Shown in pieces: positions 17,410 to 25,307 of a DNA stretch of 64,000 nucleotides; the stretch's first letter is position 1, and each line of letters begins with the position of its first letter. The notes beneath the pieces were generated by a model that worked only from the letters and a program-made list of their open reading frames with translations, did no database searches and had not been told where the DNA came from. The stretch is from Promethearchaeota archaeon (GTDB lineage Archaea > Asgardarchaeota > Lokiarchaeia > Sigyniarchaeales > SOKP01): contig RDOA01000006.1 in NCBI GenBank assembly GCA_011364925.1, positions 32,484 through 96,483 on the forward strand, given 5' to 3'. The position numbers and the translations under genes were made by a program.

Positions 17410-17838
17410 ATGGGCGGAACTTTTGATCATCTCCATGATGGGCATAAGTATTTATTAAGAACAGCTTTAAAATTATCGAATTTCGTTGAGATTGGGTTAA
17501 CATCCCAAGAATTACTAAAAAATAAAAAAGCTTCTTCTAAACTCGAAGATTATGATACAAGAAAAGCGAATTTAAAGGCGTTTATTAGTTCTTTTACTGA
17601 CATAAACAGAATTAACATCGTAGAGATTAAGGATTGGGACGATATGGCCAGATATTCTCAAGATCCTGATTATGAGGGATTAATTTTAAGTCAAGAAACA
17701 TATTTAAATGCCGTTAAATTGAACGAGCTTAGAGAAGAGAAAGGTCTTGCTCCACTTATTTTGATTGTAATTCCTCTTCTAAAAGATGAAAATAACAAGA
17801 TAATTAACTCAACGGCTATTAGAGAAAAATTAGAGTAG
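17410..17838 (+). CDS. phosphopantetheine adenylyltransferase, archaeal/eukaryotic type (cytidylyltransferase fold)
   Basis: GGTFDHLHDGH (the nucleotidyltransferase (T/H)xGH motif) starts at residue 2 of the ATG-initiated ORF. The first beta strand (ILNKIGM) is encoded upstream, in frame, after the stop at 17371-17373. The true start is probably ATT at 17392 (see findings). Confidence 0.8.
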   Translation: MGGTFDHLHDGHKYLLRTALKLSNFVEIGLTSQELLKNKKASSKLEDYDTRKANLKAFISSFTDINRINIVEIKDWDDMARYSQDPDYEGLILSQETYLNAVKLNELREEKGLAPLILIVIPLLKDENNKIINSTAIREKLE

Positions 17839-17843
17839 GAAAA

Positions 17844-17849
17844 TTTTTT
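17844..17849 (+). terminator. T6 tract directly after the PPAT stop (candidate terminator)
   Basis: The sequence aaattttttag begins 6 nt after the TAG at 17836-17838. Confidence 0.3.
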
Positions 17850-17904
17850 AGTGAAGATTACTAAACTACTATTGTAATTAATGAATACTTGAGATGAGAA
17901 AATT

Positions 17905-17994
17905 TTGAAAAGTCATAGAGATATTTTATCTATCAAGGACAATTTCAATCAAGTATCATTTTTCTTCAAATTCTTTATTTTGCCAAGGGAATAA
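17905..17994 (+). promoter_or_regulatory. candidate Phe-rich leader peptide ORF (29 codons) upstream of pheS-pheT-pheA
   Basis: My translation from TTG 17905 to TAA 17992 is MKSHRDILSIKDNFNQVSFFFKFFILPRE. Codons 17959-17976 are TTT TTC TTC AAA TTC TTT. Confidence 0.35.
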
Positions 17995-18023
17995 CAATCT
18001 GATCGTAAATTTTTTCCCTTGGC
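17982..18023 (+). promoter_or_regulatory. perfect 9-bp hairpin overlapping the end of the leader ORF
   Basis: GCCAAGGGA (17982-17990) pairs with TCCCTTGGC (18015-18023) around a 24-nt loop. The 5' arm covers the last codons of the leader ORF. A T6 tract lies at 18010-18015. Confidence 0.4.
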
Positions 18024-18034
18024 TGCTGATATTT

Positions 18035-18091
18035 AGTTGAATATTCTCTTTTAAAGAAAATTACTGGTTTATTCAACTGTTTTGTATTGTT
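18035..18091 (+). terminator. second hairpin followed by a U-rich tail (terminator-like)
   Basis: AGTTGAATA (18035-18043) pairs with TATTCAACT (18070-18078), followed by GTTTTGTATTGTT. The element lies about 110 nt upstream of the pheS ATG. Confidence 0.3.
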
Positions 18092-18199
18092 CTAATTCAT
18101 GAAAGAATAAATTAAAACGATATGCTCCACGAAAGATTTAAAAAGGTTAGAGATTTAGAAAAAATATAACGAAAAGCAAATAATTTTTGATTTTTAGAT

Positions 18200-19735
18200 A
18201 TGACAATCAAATTAAAGAAACAAGTAATAGAAATTCTCAGTGTACTTAAGAAAAAGAAAACTGAACAGATTGCATCATTATTAGCAAATGAGTTGAATAT
18301 AGATTATATTGTTCTTATGGCAGCTGTCAACGATCTAATTGAATACGATTTGGGAGGCTTTAAAGAAGAAGAAATAAATCAGATATCTTTAAACGATGAA
18401 GGACGCAAATATTTGGAGGAGGGATTACCCGAAAATCAATTATTAGAAATAATGAGGGTTTCTAATGCTAAGGAGATTAGCATGGAAGACTTACTAAGTA
18501 AATCTAAGTTAGATAAGCACATTTTTTATATCGGACTTTCAAACATGAGAAAAAATCGTTGGATTGCCCAAAGTAAAGCAACAGGAGAAAATAAGATATT
18601 TTTAGTAACTGAAAAATTTCCAGAAACGGATGTTGAAAAATTTTTAAAGTCGTTTAAAGCGCAACCCACCCGTGATTATTCAAAATTATCAAAAAGTGAA
18701 TTAATACAATATGATCTCTTAAATAAAAGAAAATTGTTTACGAAACAAAACAAAACGCAGCGTTCAATCTTTCTTACTGACAAGGGTAAATCAATTAAAA
18801 TGTCTGATATAAAAGAATTGAAGTACATTAGTAAAATTACATCTGAAATGCTCAGTTCTGGTACTTGGAGGAATTACGATTTAAAACCTTTTGATGTGTC
18901 TAAGTCAGGTCCTACTTTAAAAGCAGGGAAAATTCACCCATTAATTAGACTTATCAACGAAATTAGAGAAGTTTTCATTTCAATGGGTTTTACCGAAATA
19001 AGAGGTCCCATTGTAGAAAGCGCATTCTTTAATTTTGATGCACTGTTTCAACCACAGGATCATCCTGCCAGGGAATTACAGGACACATTTTATCTTAACA
19101 ATCCTAAATTTGCAAAATTACCTGAAAAAGATCGGGTACTGGCTGTTAAAGCAACTCACGAAAATGGTGGAGATTCTAAGTCGCTTGGTTGGAGATACCA
19201 ATGGGATGAGAATATTGCTAAGCAAACAGTATTAAGAACGCATACAACAGCAACAACCATGAGACGATTAGCACAATTTTATAGAACTAATGATAAAACT
19301 CCTGTAAAAGTTTTTTGCATAGATAGAGTTTTTAGAAATGAGAAATTAGATAAATCCCATTTAGCAGAGTTTACTCAAATAGAAGGCATTGTTATTGATG
19401 AGAATGTTAATTTGAGCGATTTGATTGGCTTACTTTCAGAATTTTACAGGAAAATAGGATTTAAAAAGATTATCACGCGTCCTGGATTTTTTCCATATAC
19501 CGAACCAAGCATGGAAGTTTCAGTTTATTATGATAAGTTAGGTGAGTGGTTAGAGATGGGAGGATCAGGAATTTTCAGACCAGAAGTCACATATCCTTGG
19601 GGCATCAAGGATCCTACTAGAGTTTTAGCTTGGGGTCAAGGCCTAGAACGTATTGCGATGTTATACTACGACCGGCAAGATATGAGAGATTTATATATTA
19701 ATCCAATAAAGTGGTTACGGCAGCAACCATATTAA
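18200..19735 (+). CDS. pheS: phenylalanyl-tRNA synthetase alpha subunit, archaeal/eukaryotic type
   Basis: 511 aa with N-terminal winged-helix-like repeats and a class II core with motifs FRNE, GSGIFRPEV and AWGQGLERI. Confidence 0.95.
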   Translation: MTIKLKKQVIEILSVLKKKKTEQIASLLANELNIDYIVLMAAVNDLIEYDLGGFKEEEINQISLNDEGRKYLEEGLPENQLLEIMRVSNAKEISMEDLLSKSKLDKHIFYIGLSNMRKNRWIAQSKATGENKIFLVTEKFPETDVEKFLKSFKAQPTRDYSKLSKSELIQYDLLNKRKLFTKQNKTQRSIFLTDKGKSIKMSDIKELKYISKITSEMLSSGTWRNYDLKPFDVSKSGPTLKAGKIHPLIRLINEIREVFISMGFTEIRGPIVESAFFNFDALFQPQDHPARELQDTFYLNNPKFAKLPEKDRVLAVKATHENGGDSKSLGWRYQWDENIAKQTVLRTHTTATTMRRLAQFYRTNDKTPVKVFCIDRVFRNEKLDKSHLAEFTQIEGIVIDENVNLSDLIGLLSEFYRKIGFKKIITRPGFFPYTEPSMEVSVYYDKLGEWLEMGGSGIFRPEVTYPWGIKDPTRVLAWGQGLERIAMLYYDRQDMRDLYINPIKWLRQQPY

Positions 19736-19833
19736 ATTGAGGTGAAAATATAATACCAACCCTTGAATTAAAAATTGATAGGTTAGAAAGATTAGTTGGA
19801 AAGAATCTAAATATAGATGAGTTAGAATACGAC

Positions 19834-21429
19834 TTGCAATGGATTGGATTAGATCTAGAGGATATTAATAGAGAAGAACAGACGATTAAAATTGAATATA
19901 ATCCTAATAGACCAGATTTCTCATCACCAGAGGGAATAGCAAGGGCTTTGCAGGGTTATTATGAAGTTAAATTAGGTGTTCCAACATTTGACATACAACT
20001 AGGTGAAGTCGTACTTAATGTAGATCCTAGTGTTAAAAAAGTAAGACCATATATAGTATGCGGGATCATCCGTAATATAGATTTAGACGAAGAAGAAGTT
20101 GCTACTCTAATGAATATCCAAGAACACCTTCACTGGGCTGTTGGAAGGGACAGAAAAAAGGTCGCAATTGGTGTACATGATTTAGATAAGGTCAAACCGC
20201 CCTATAGGTATACTGCTGTAAAACCAGATTCAGTGAGTTTTACTCCTTTACATGGAGATGGATATCCAATGAATTTAGAAGAGATTCTACTCCTTCATGA
20301 TAAAGGTATAGAATATGCTCACATTTTAGAGGGAAAAGAGGTGTACCCCATCATTTTTGATGATAATAACGAAGTGCTATCCTTTCCACCAGTTATTAAC
20401 GGAGTTCTTACAACTGTTACTGATGAAACTAAAAATTTGTTCTTAGATTTGACCGGGACTGATTTTAATGCAGTGAATCTTGCATTAAACATTTTGTCCA
20501 CTACTTTATCAGACATGGGGGCTAAAATCGAAAGTGTTACAGTAAATTATGAAGGAGAAAAAGAGATCGTAACTCCTAATTTAGATTCTACTAAGTGGCA
20601 AGTTGAGATTGACTTTATAAATAGTTACCTTGGTTTAAAGTTAACTCCATCTGATATGATAAAGTGCTTTCAGAAAGTTCGGATCGATGCTAAAGAATCT
20701 AAGAGAAAAGGCTTTTTGGACATATATATACCTGCTTTTCGTGGAGATATTATGCATCCCGTCGATCTAACTGAGGAAGTTGCCATTGGATACGGTTATT
20801 TTAATATTCCAAAAACAATCAGAGAGGGATGTATAGGAGAATACCATCCAGTTCAAGTCTTTTCGGACAAAATACGAACAATTATGATTGGAGCAGGTTA
20901 TCTAGAAGTTATTAATTTCATTTTATCTAGCTCTGAAAAACAATATACTTTAATGAGCCAAAAATTCAACGAATCAAAGCTGATTCAGATTGCAAATCCA
21001 GTTTCAAAAGAATATAATACAACTAGAACAACAATTTTACCTAATTTAATGGATACAATACGTTTTAATAGGTCCGAAGAAAAACCAATTAGGATTTTTG
21101 AAGTTGGAGATGTTGTAGTTCTAGCGCCTAAAGAAGAAACTGGAGCTAAGCGCGAAATTCACCTTTCAGCAGTATCTTATCATGAGGACGCGGACTTTAC
21201 TGAAATTAGATCAACTTTAGATTTTATTATGACTGCGCTCGGATTATATAATGAATTTGAGGTAAAAGTTGGGAGTAATCTTAGCTATATTAATGGACGT
21301 TATGGCGATATTTATTTTAAAGGCACCAAGATTGGAGAAATCGGAGAAATCAATCCAGAGGTTCTGTTAAATTTTAAATTAGAATTTCCAGTTGCGGCAT
21401 TAGAATTAAATTTAGAAAAAGTTCTGTAA
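19834..21429 (+). CDS. pheT: phenylalanyl-tRNA synthetase beta subunit, archaeal type
   Basis: The 531 aa are counted from TTG 19834. Another 27 in-frame codons upstream (IPTLELKIDRLERLVGKNLNIDELEYD) match the conserved archaeal PheT N-terminus (MPT...DLERLVGK). The real start is therefore probably ATA at 19750/19753, behind a GAGGTGA Shine-Dalgarno-like site. Confidence 0.9.
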   Translation: MQWIGLDLEDINREEQTIKIEYNPNRPDFSSPEGIARALQGYYEVKLGVPTFDIQLGEVVLNVDPSVKKVRPYIVCGIIRNIDLDEEEVATLMNIQEHLHWAVGRDRKKVAIGVHDLDKVKPPYRYTAVKPDSVSFTPLHGDGYPMNLEEILLLHDKGIEYAHILEGKEVYPIIFDDNNEVLSFPPVINGVLTTVTDETKNLFLDLTGTDFNAVNLALNILSTTLSDMGAKIESVTVNYEGEKEIVTPNLDSTKWQVEIDFINSYLGLKLTPSDMIKCFQKVRIDAKESKRKGFLDIYIPAFRGDIMHPVDLTEEVAIGYGYFNIPKTIREGCIGEYHPVQVFSDKIRTIMIGAGYLEVINFILSSSEKQYTLMSQKFNESKLIQIANPVSKEYNTTRTTILPNLMDTIRFNRSEEKPIRIFEVGDVVVLAPKEETGAKREIHLSAVSYHEDADFTEIRSTLDFIMTALGLYNEFEVKVGSNLSYINGRYGDIYFKGTKIGEIGEINPEVLLNFKLEFPVAALELNLEKVL

Positions 21430-21469
21430 CATTTTCAGAATAGTTTAAAAAAATCATATTGGGAGTAAA

Positions 21470-22570
21470 ATGAGCGAAGAAGAAAAAGTAATTAAAGAAT
21501 TGGAAGAGTTAAGAAAGAATATTGATGACATTGATGATACTATTGTTGATCTTCTTAATAAAAGAGCTAATGCGGTGATTAAAATTGGAAATCTCAAGAA
21601 ATCTTTGAATTTAGAAATTTTTCAACCAGCAAGAGAAGAAGAGATAAAGAACAGGCTGGTTAATAAGTCAACTATTTTCAAAAAAAGTAGTATCGAGGCA
21701 ATTTGGAAAGAAATAATTAGTGCAAGCAAATTGATTCAAGGAACTATTACAAAAGTAGGGTTTCTTGGTCCTAATGGCACTTTCACACATCAAGCGGCTC
21801 TTGATTACTTTGCTAAGGCGGGAACTCAATTTGTTCCCTTTGATTCAATGCAAGAAATCTTCGATAATATAGATAAAAAAACACTTGACTTTGGGATTGT
21901 TCCTATTGAGAATAGTCTTCAGGGAACAGTACGAGAAACTCTAGATTTGCTAATCGAAAATGATTTATTTATTTATGGTGAAATTGAGGTAAGAGTGATC
22001 CAAAATTTAATTTCGTTAAAGGCTACAGAAATATCGGATATCAAACATATTTTTTCTCACCCTCAAGCTTTTGCACAGACAAGAATTTGGTTAAAATCAA
22101 ATTTGCCAACAGCTAAAATTATAGAGGTACACTCAACTGCTGAAGCTGTTCGTAGAGTTAGAAAGTTGGAGGATAAATCTTATGCGGCTATTGGGACTGA
22201 ATTTGCTGCTGAAATTTATGAGTTAAAAATTTTAAGCTCAAATATCGAGGACGAGAAGTCTAATTATACGAGATTCTTAATAATATCTAAAAATGAAAAT
22301 CCATTGAAAACCGAACATATGAAAACATCGATTGTTTTTGTTACAAAACATATCCCTGGAGCTCTATATTGGGTATTAAAAATATTCTCTGATGCAGATA
22401 TAAATTTATCAAAAATAGAATCGAGACCACGTAGAAAAGGAAAATGGGAATATATCTTCTTCATGGATTTTGAAGCCGATAAAGATAATCCTAAAGCGGT
22501 AAAAGCCCTTGAGCTAATGAAAGCAAATGTGATTTGGCATAAAGTTCTTGGATCTTTCCCTATTAAATAA
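21470..22570 (+). CDS. pheA: bifunctional chorismate mutase / prephenate dehydratase (P-protein)
   Basis: 366 aa with an N-terminal CM helix (LRKNIDDIDDTIVDLLNKRA), a PDT domain (VGFLGPNGTFTHQAA, NYTRFLII), and a C-terminal ACT domain with ESRP. Confidence 0.9.
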   Translation: MSEEEKVIKELEELRKNIDDIDDTIVDLLNKRANAVIKIGNLKKSLNLEIFQPAREEEIKNRLVNKSTIFKKSSIEAIWKEIISASKLIQGTITKVGFLGPNGTFTHQAALDYFAKAGTQFVPFDSMQEIFDNIDKKTLDFGIVPIENSLQGTVRETLDLLIENDLFIYGEIEVRVIQNLISLKATEISDIKHIFSHPQAFAQTRIWLKSNLPTAKIIEVHSTAEAVRRVRKLEDKSYAAIGTEFAAEIYELKILSSNIEDEKSNYTRFLIISKNENPLKTEHMKTSIVFVTKHIPGALYWVLKIFSDADINLSKIESRPRRKGKWEYIFFMDFEADKDNPKAVKALELMKANVIWHKVLGSFPIK

Positions 22571-22634
22571 AGTATATTGATATAATTTTCTTAAAATGTT
22601 CATTATGCTTCTTTAGTATTATTTATTCGTGTTC

Positions 22635-22685
22635 TTTTTTAATAATTTAATATTATAAATAATATTCTTTTTTTTAAAAAAGTAG
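22635..22685 (+). terminator. T-tract region (T6 at 22635-22640, T8 at 22678-22685) between pheA and rph
   Basis: Oligo-T runs lie 65-115 nt after the pheA stop. This is a candidate end of the pheS-pheT-pheA transcription unit. Confidence 0.3.
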
Positions 22686-22712
22686 AATTTATAACAATCT
22701 GGTTTTGCTTGA

Positions 22713-23441
22713 ATGGAAGGAAATTTAAGGATTAACGGAAGAAAATTTGACGAGATTCGAAAAACTACTTTTGAGCGAAATTTTCTGAAATACCCTGAGG
22801 GTTCAGTTTTGGTTACTCAAGGAAGTACAAAAGTTATCGTAACAGCTTCGGTTATGGAGAATGTTCCTAGATTTTTACAAGATACAGGGACTGGATGGAT
22901 TACTGCCGAATATAATATGCTACCTAGAGCAACTTTATCACGAAATCCAAGAGAAAGAGAAAGATCAGGTATAAAAGGAAGAACTTACGAAATTCAACGC
23001 CTAATTGGTAGGAGCATGAGAGCCGCTTTCAACTATGAAAAACTCGGTGAACGAACAATTAAAGTGGATTGCGATGTTATACAAGCAGATGGGGGAACTA
23101 GATGTGCATCTATCACCGGTGCTTTTATTGCTGTTTTTGATGCTATCAATTACCTTTACAACCAACAGAGAATTTACGATTTTCCTGATTATAAGGTTAC
23201 TGCTGCTATATCTCTTGGAATTAAAAATAATAAAGTAATTTTAGATTTAGATTACGAAGAAGATTCTAAAGTAGATGTTGATTTCAACTTAGTCGCCAAT
23301 GAAGATTTGGAATTGATCGAAATTCAAGGAACCGCGGAAGGAGCACCATTTAACAAGGAAAAACTCAATGAAATAATAACAGTCGGCGAGAAAGGCGTAC
23401 TGGAACTCATTAACCTCCAAAAACAGGTTTTAAATTTATAG
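22713..23441 (+). CDS. rph: ribonuclease PH, bacterial type
   Basis: 242 aa, colinear with E. coli RNase PH as I recall it: GSVLV..G.TKV..TAS, VPRFL...G.GWITAEY.MLPR.T, GRT.EIQRLI.R..RA, DCDV.QADGGTR.ASITGA, EIQGTAEG.PF. Confidence 0.9.
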   Translation: MEGNLRINGRKFDEIRKTTFERNFLKYPEGSVLVTQGSTKVIVTASVMENVPRFLQDTGTGWITAEYNMLPRATLSRNPRERERSGIKGRTYEIQRLIGRSMRAAFNYEKLGERTIKVDCDVIQADGGTRCASITGAFIAVFDAINYLYNQQRIYDFPDYKVTAAISLGIKNNKVILDLDYEEDSKVDVDFNLVANEDLELIEIQGTAEGAPFNKEKLNEIITVGEKGVLELINLQKQVLNL

Positions 23442-23452
23442 GTAAAAAAAAC

Positions 23453-24043
23453 TTATTGTTTTTCTAATGACGCTCCACATAAAGTACAATACTTAGCATT
23501 AATTTTTACCTGACTATAACAATAGGGACATATTTTAAATTGATCGCTTCCAGATGGTTGAATTTCATCAGTTCGGGCTTTTATAGGAGTCTTTGGGGTT
23601 CTTCTTCTAATAAGAATGAAAATCGTCATAGTTATCAATACAGCTATTCCGATTCCAATACTCGTTAGCAGTATTGGGATTAAGTTAGGAGGTTCGGGCG
23701 GTAGTGGAGGGATATACAAAACAACTACTATTGATTTTTCTATTTCTATGTTACCAACAGCATCAATTGATTGATATGTAATCATATAAACACCTGAATC
23801 ATAACCTGATAGAGTAAAGGCTCCTGTATATGAAATCCAAGAAGAGTCGTCGATTTTATATAGAGTGGTTGATACGCCTGATTCAGAGTTATCTGTCGCT
23901 ATTAATGAGAATAGGGTTGAAGCATTTACTTCATTAATTCCACTGTAAGGTACAAAACTTATCGATGTTACCGATGCATTTAGGTCTCTTAAGATATAGC
24001 TTGGGTTAACTGAAAATATAATAAAAAGAGTAGATGCTTTCAA
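23453..24043 (-). CDS. membrane protein: Ig-like ectodomain, TM, C-terminal zinc ribbon
   Basis: 196 aa with a TTG start. YKIDDSSWISYTGAFTLSGYDSGVYMITYQSIDAVGNIE resembles the Y.ldgg.W..Y.g.f.l..eG.h.v.y.s.D.aGN.E beta-sandwich motif. A TM segment (LIPILLTSIGIGIAVLITMTIFILI) follows, then CPYCYSQVKINAKYCTLCG. Confidence 0.55.
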   Translation of the reverse strand: MKASTLFIIFSVNPSYILRDLNASVTSISFVPYSGINEVNASTLFSLIATDNSESGVSTTLYKIDDSSWISYTGAFTLSGYDSGVYMITYQSIDAVGNIEIEKSIVVVLYIPPLPPEPPNLIPILLTSIGIGIAVLITMTIFILIRRRTPKTPIKARTDEIQPSGSDQFKICPYCYSQVKINAKYCTLCGASLEKQ

Positions 24044-24054
24044 AAGGGAATAAC

Positions 24055-25206
24055 TTAATGTGCTTCAATTCCAAGCATTTCCGGATGTCTTTGGAAGTAA
24101 TTGACTCCTTCCTTAATGATGTCAAGGATAGATCTTACAGGTCTCCATCCTGTTTCTTTGACAATCTTGTCGTTCCTGCCAATTAACAAGGGAACTTCAC
24201 TAGGTCGCATACGTTGAGGATCGACAAACACATCTGCATCAATTTTATAAATACTTTTCGCTAATTTTACATAATCAGCTATAGTTATTCCCTTCCCAGA
24301 ACTGATATTAAAAGGTTCACCAAATTTCTTTTTCTCGCTAAGTATTATATAAGCATTAACAGTATCTTTGACATGGGTAAAATCTCTGATAGAATTTGGA
24401 TTTCCTATCACGATTTTATCCCGCTTTTTATTTAAAATCTCTACAATTTGTCTATGAACCACACTTGTTACAAATTGAATCCCTCTTCTAGGTCCTTCGT
24501 GATTAAATCCACGAGTTATAATGCTAGGAACTCCGTAAGAATTATGATATAACCACGCTATTTGTTCGGTTGCGCATTTAGATATCCCGTAAACACTTCT
24601 AGGTCTAAAAGGATTCCTTTTTAAATCTTCAGTTACGGGAACTTCGTTCGGATCTACTAATCCATATTGTTCGCTACTACAAGCCACTTGAACGCTATCC
24701 AAATCAGCATCATATCTACGTGCAGCTTCAAACAGTTTGATTGTACCAATAATATTATTACTTGTTACTCTTGCGGGCTCTCGAAAAGATGTAGGAACGA
24801 ATGATTCTGCTGCGAGGTGAAAGACTGCATTGGGTTGGATATCTGCAAAAATTTCGTAGGTTCTCTCTGCACTAGTTATGTCAGCTTCATGGAGTTCAAT
24901 TTTCCCTCGTAAATGTTCAATATTTTCGTGCATAGGGACAGCATGTCTACGTATTGTTCCATGAATTTCGCATCCTAAATCTAGTAATTGTTCGGCTAAA
25001 AAGCTACCTGCAAATCCACTAATGCCCGTGATTAATACTCGTTTGTCTTTCCAATAATTCTCGTTTGGTAATGTAGTTGTTCGATTTTTAAAATCTTCCA
25101 AATAATCGTCTATTTTTTCTGGGTTGATTATAAAGCCCTGTTTTTCAAGTTCGAGAACTCTGGGATTTATTTCAAGTACTTTATCAATTGGAATTAAATC
25201 ATCCAT
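24055..25206 (-). CDS. NAD-dependent sugar-nucleotide epimerase/dehydratase (GDP-mannose-4,6-dehydratase/Rmd-like) with an approximately 55-aa N-terminal extension
   Basis: 383 aa with a Rossmann motif (VLITGISGFAGSFLAEQLL) and the SDR catalytic YxxxK (YGISKCATE). Confidence 0.8.
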   Translation of the reverse strand: MDDLIPIDKVLEINPRVLELEKQGFIINPEKIDDYLEDFKNRTTTLPNENYWKDKRVLITGISGFAGSFLAEQLLDLGCEIHGTIRRHAVPMHENIEHLRGKIELHEADITSAERTYEIFADIQPNAVFHLAAESFVPTSFREPARVTSNNIIGTIKLFEAARRYDADLDSVQVACSSEQYGLVDPNEVPVTEDLKRNPFRPRSVYGISKCATEQIAWLYHNSYGVPSIITRGFNHEGPRRGIQFVTSVVHRQIVEILNKKRDKIVIGNPNSIRDFTHVKDTVNAYIILSEKKKFGEPFNISSGKGITIADYVKLAKSIYKIDADVFVDPQRMRPSEVPLLIGRNDKIVKETGWRPVRSILDIIKEGVNYFQRHPEMLGIEAH

Positions 25207-25307
25207 ATTGTTACAAATTAAAATTAGAATATAAATTAACTTAATTATTAAAAAAAAAGCTGAGTTTTAATAGAAAATGAGAATACATTTAAGAGATAGT
25301 CATATAA

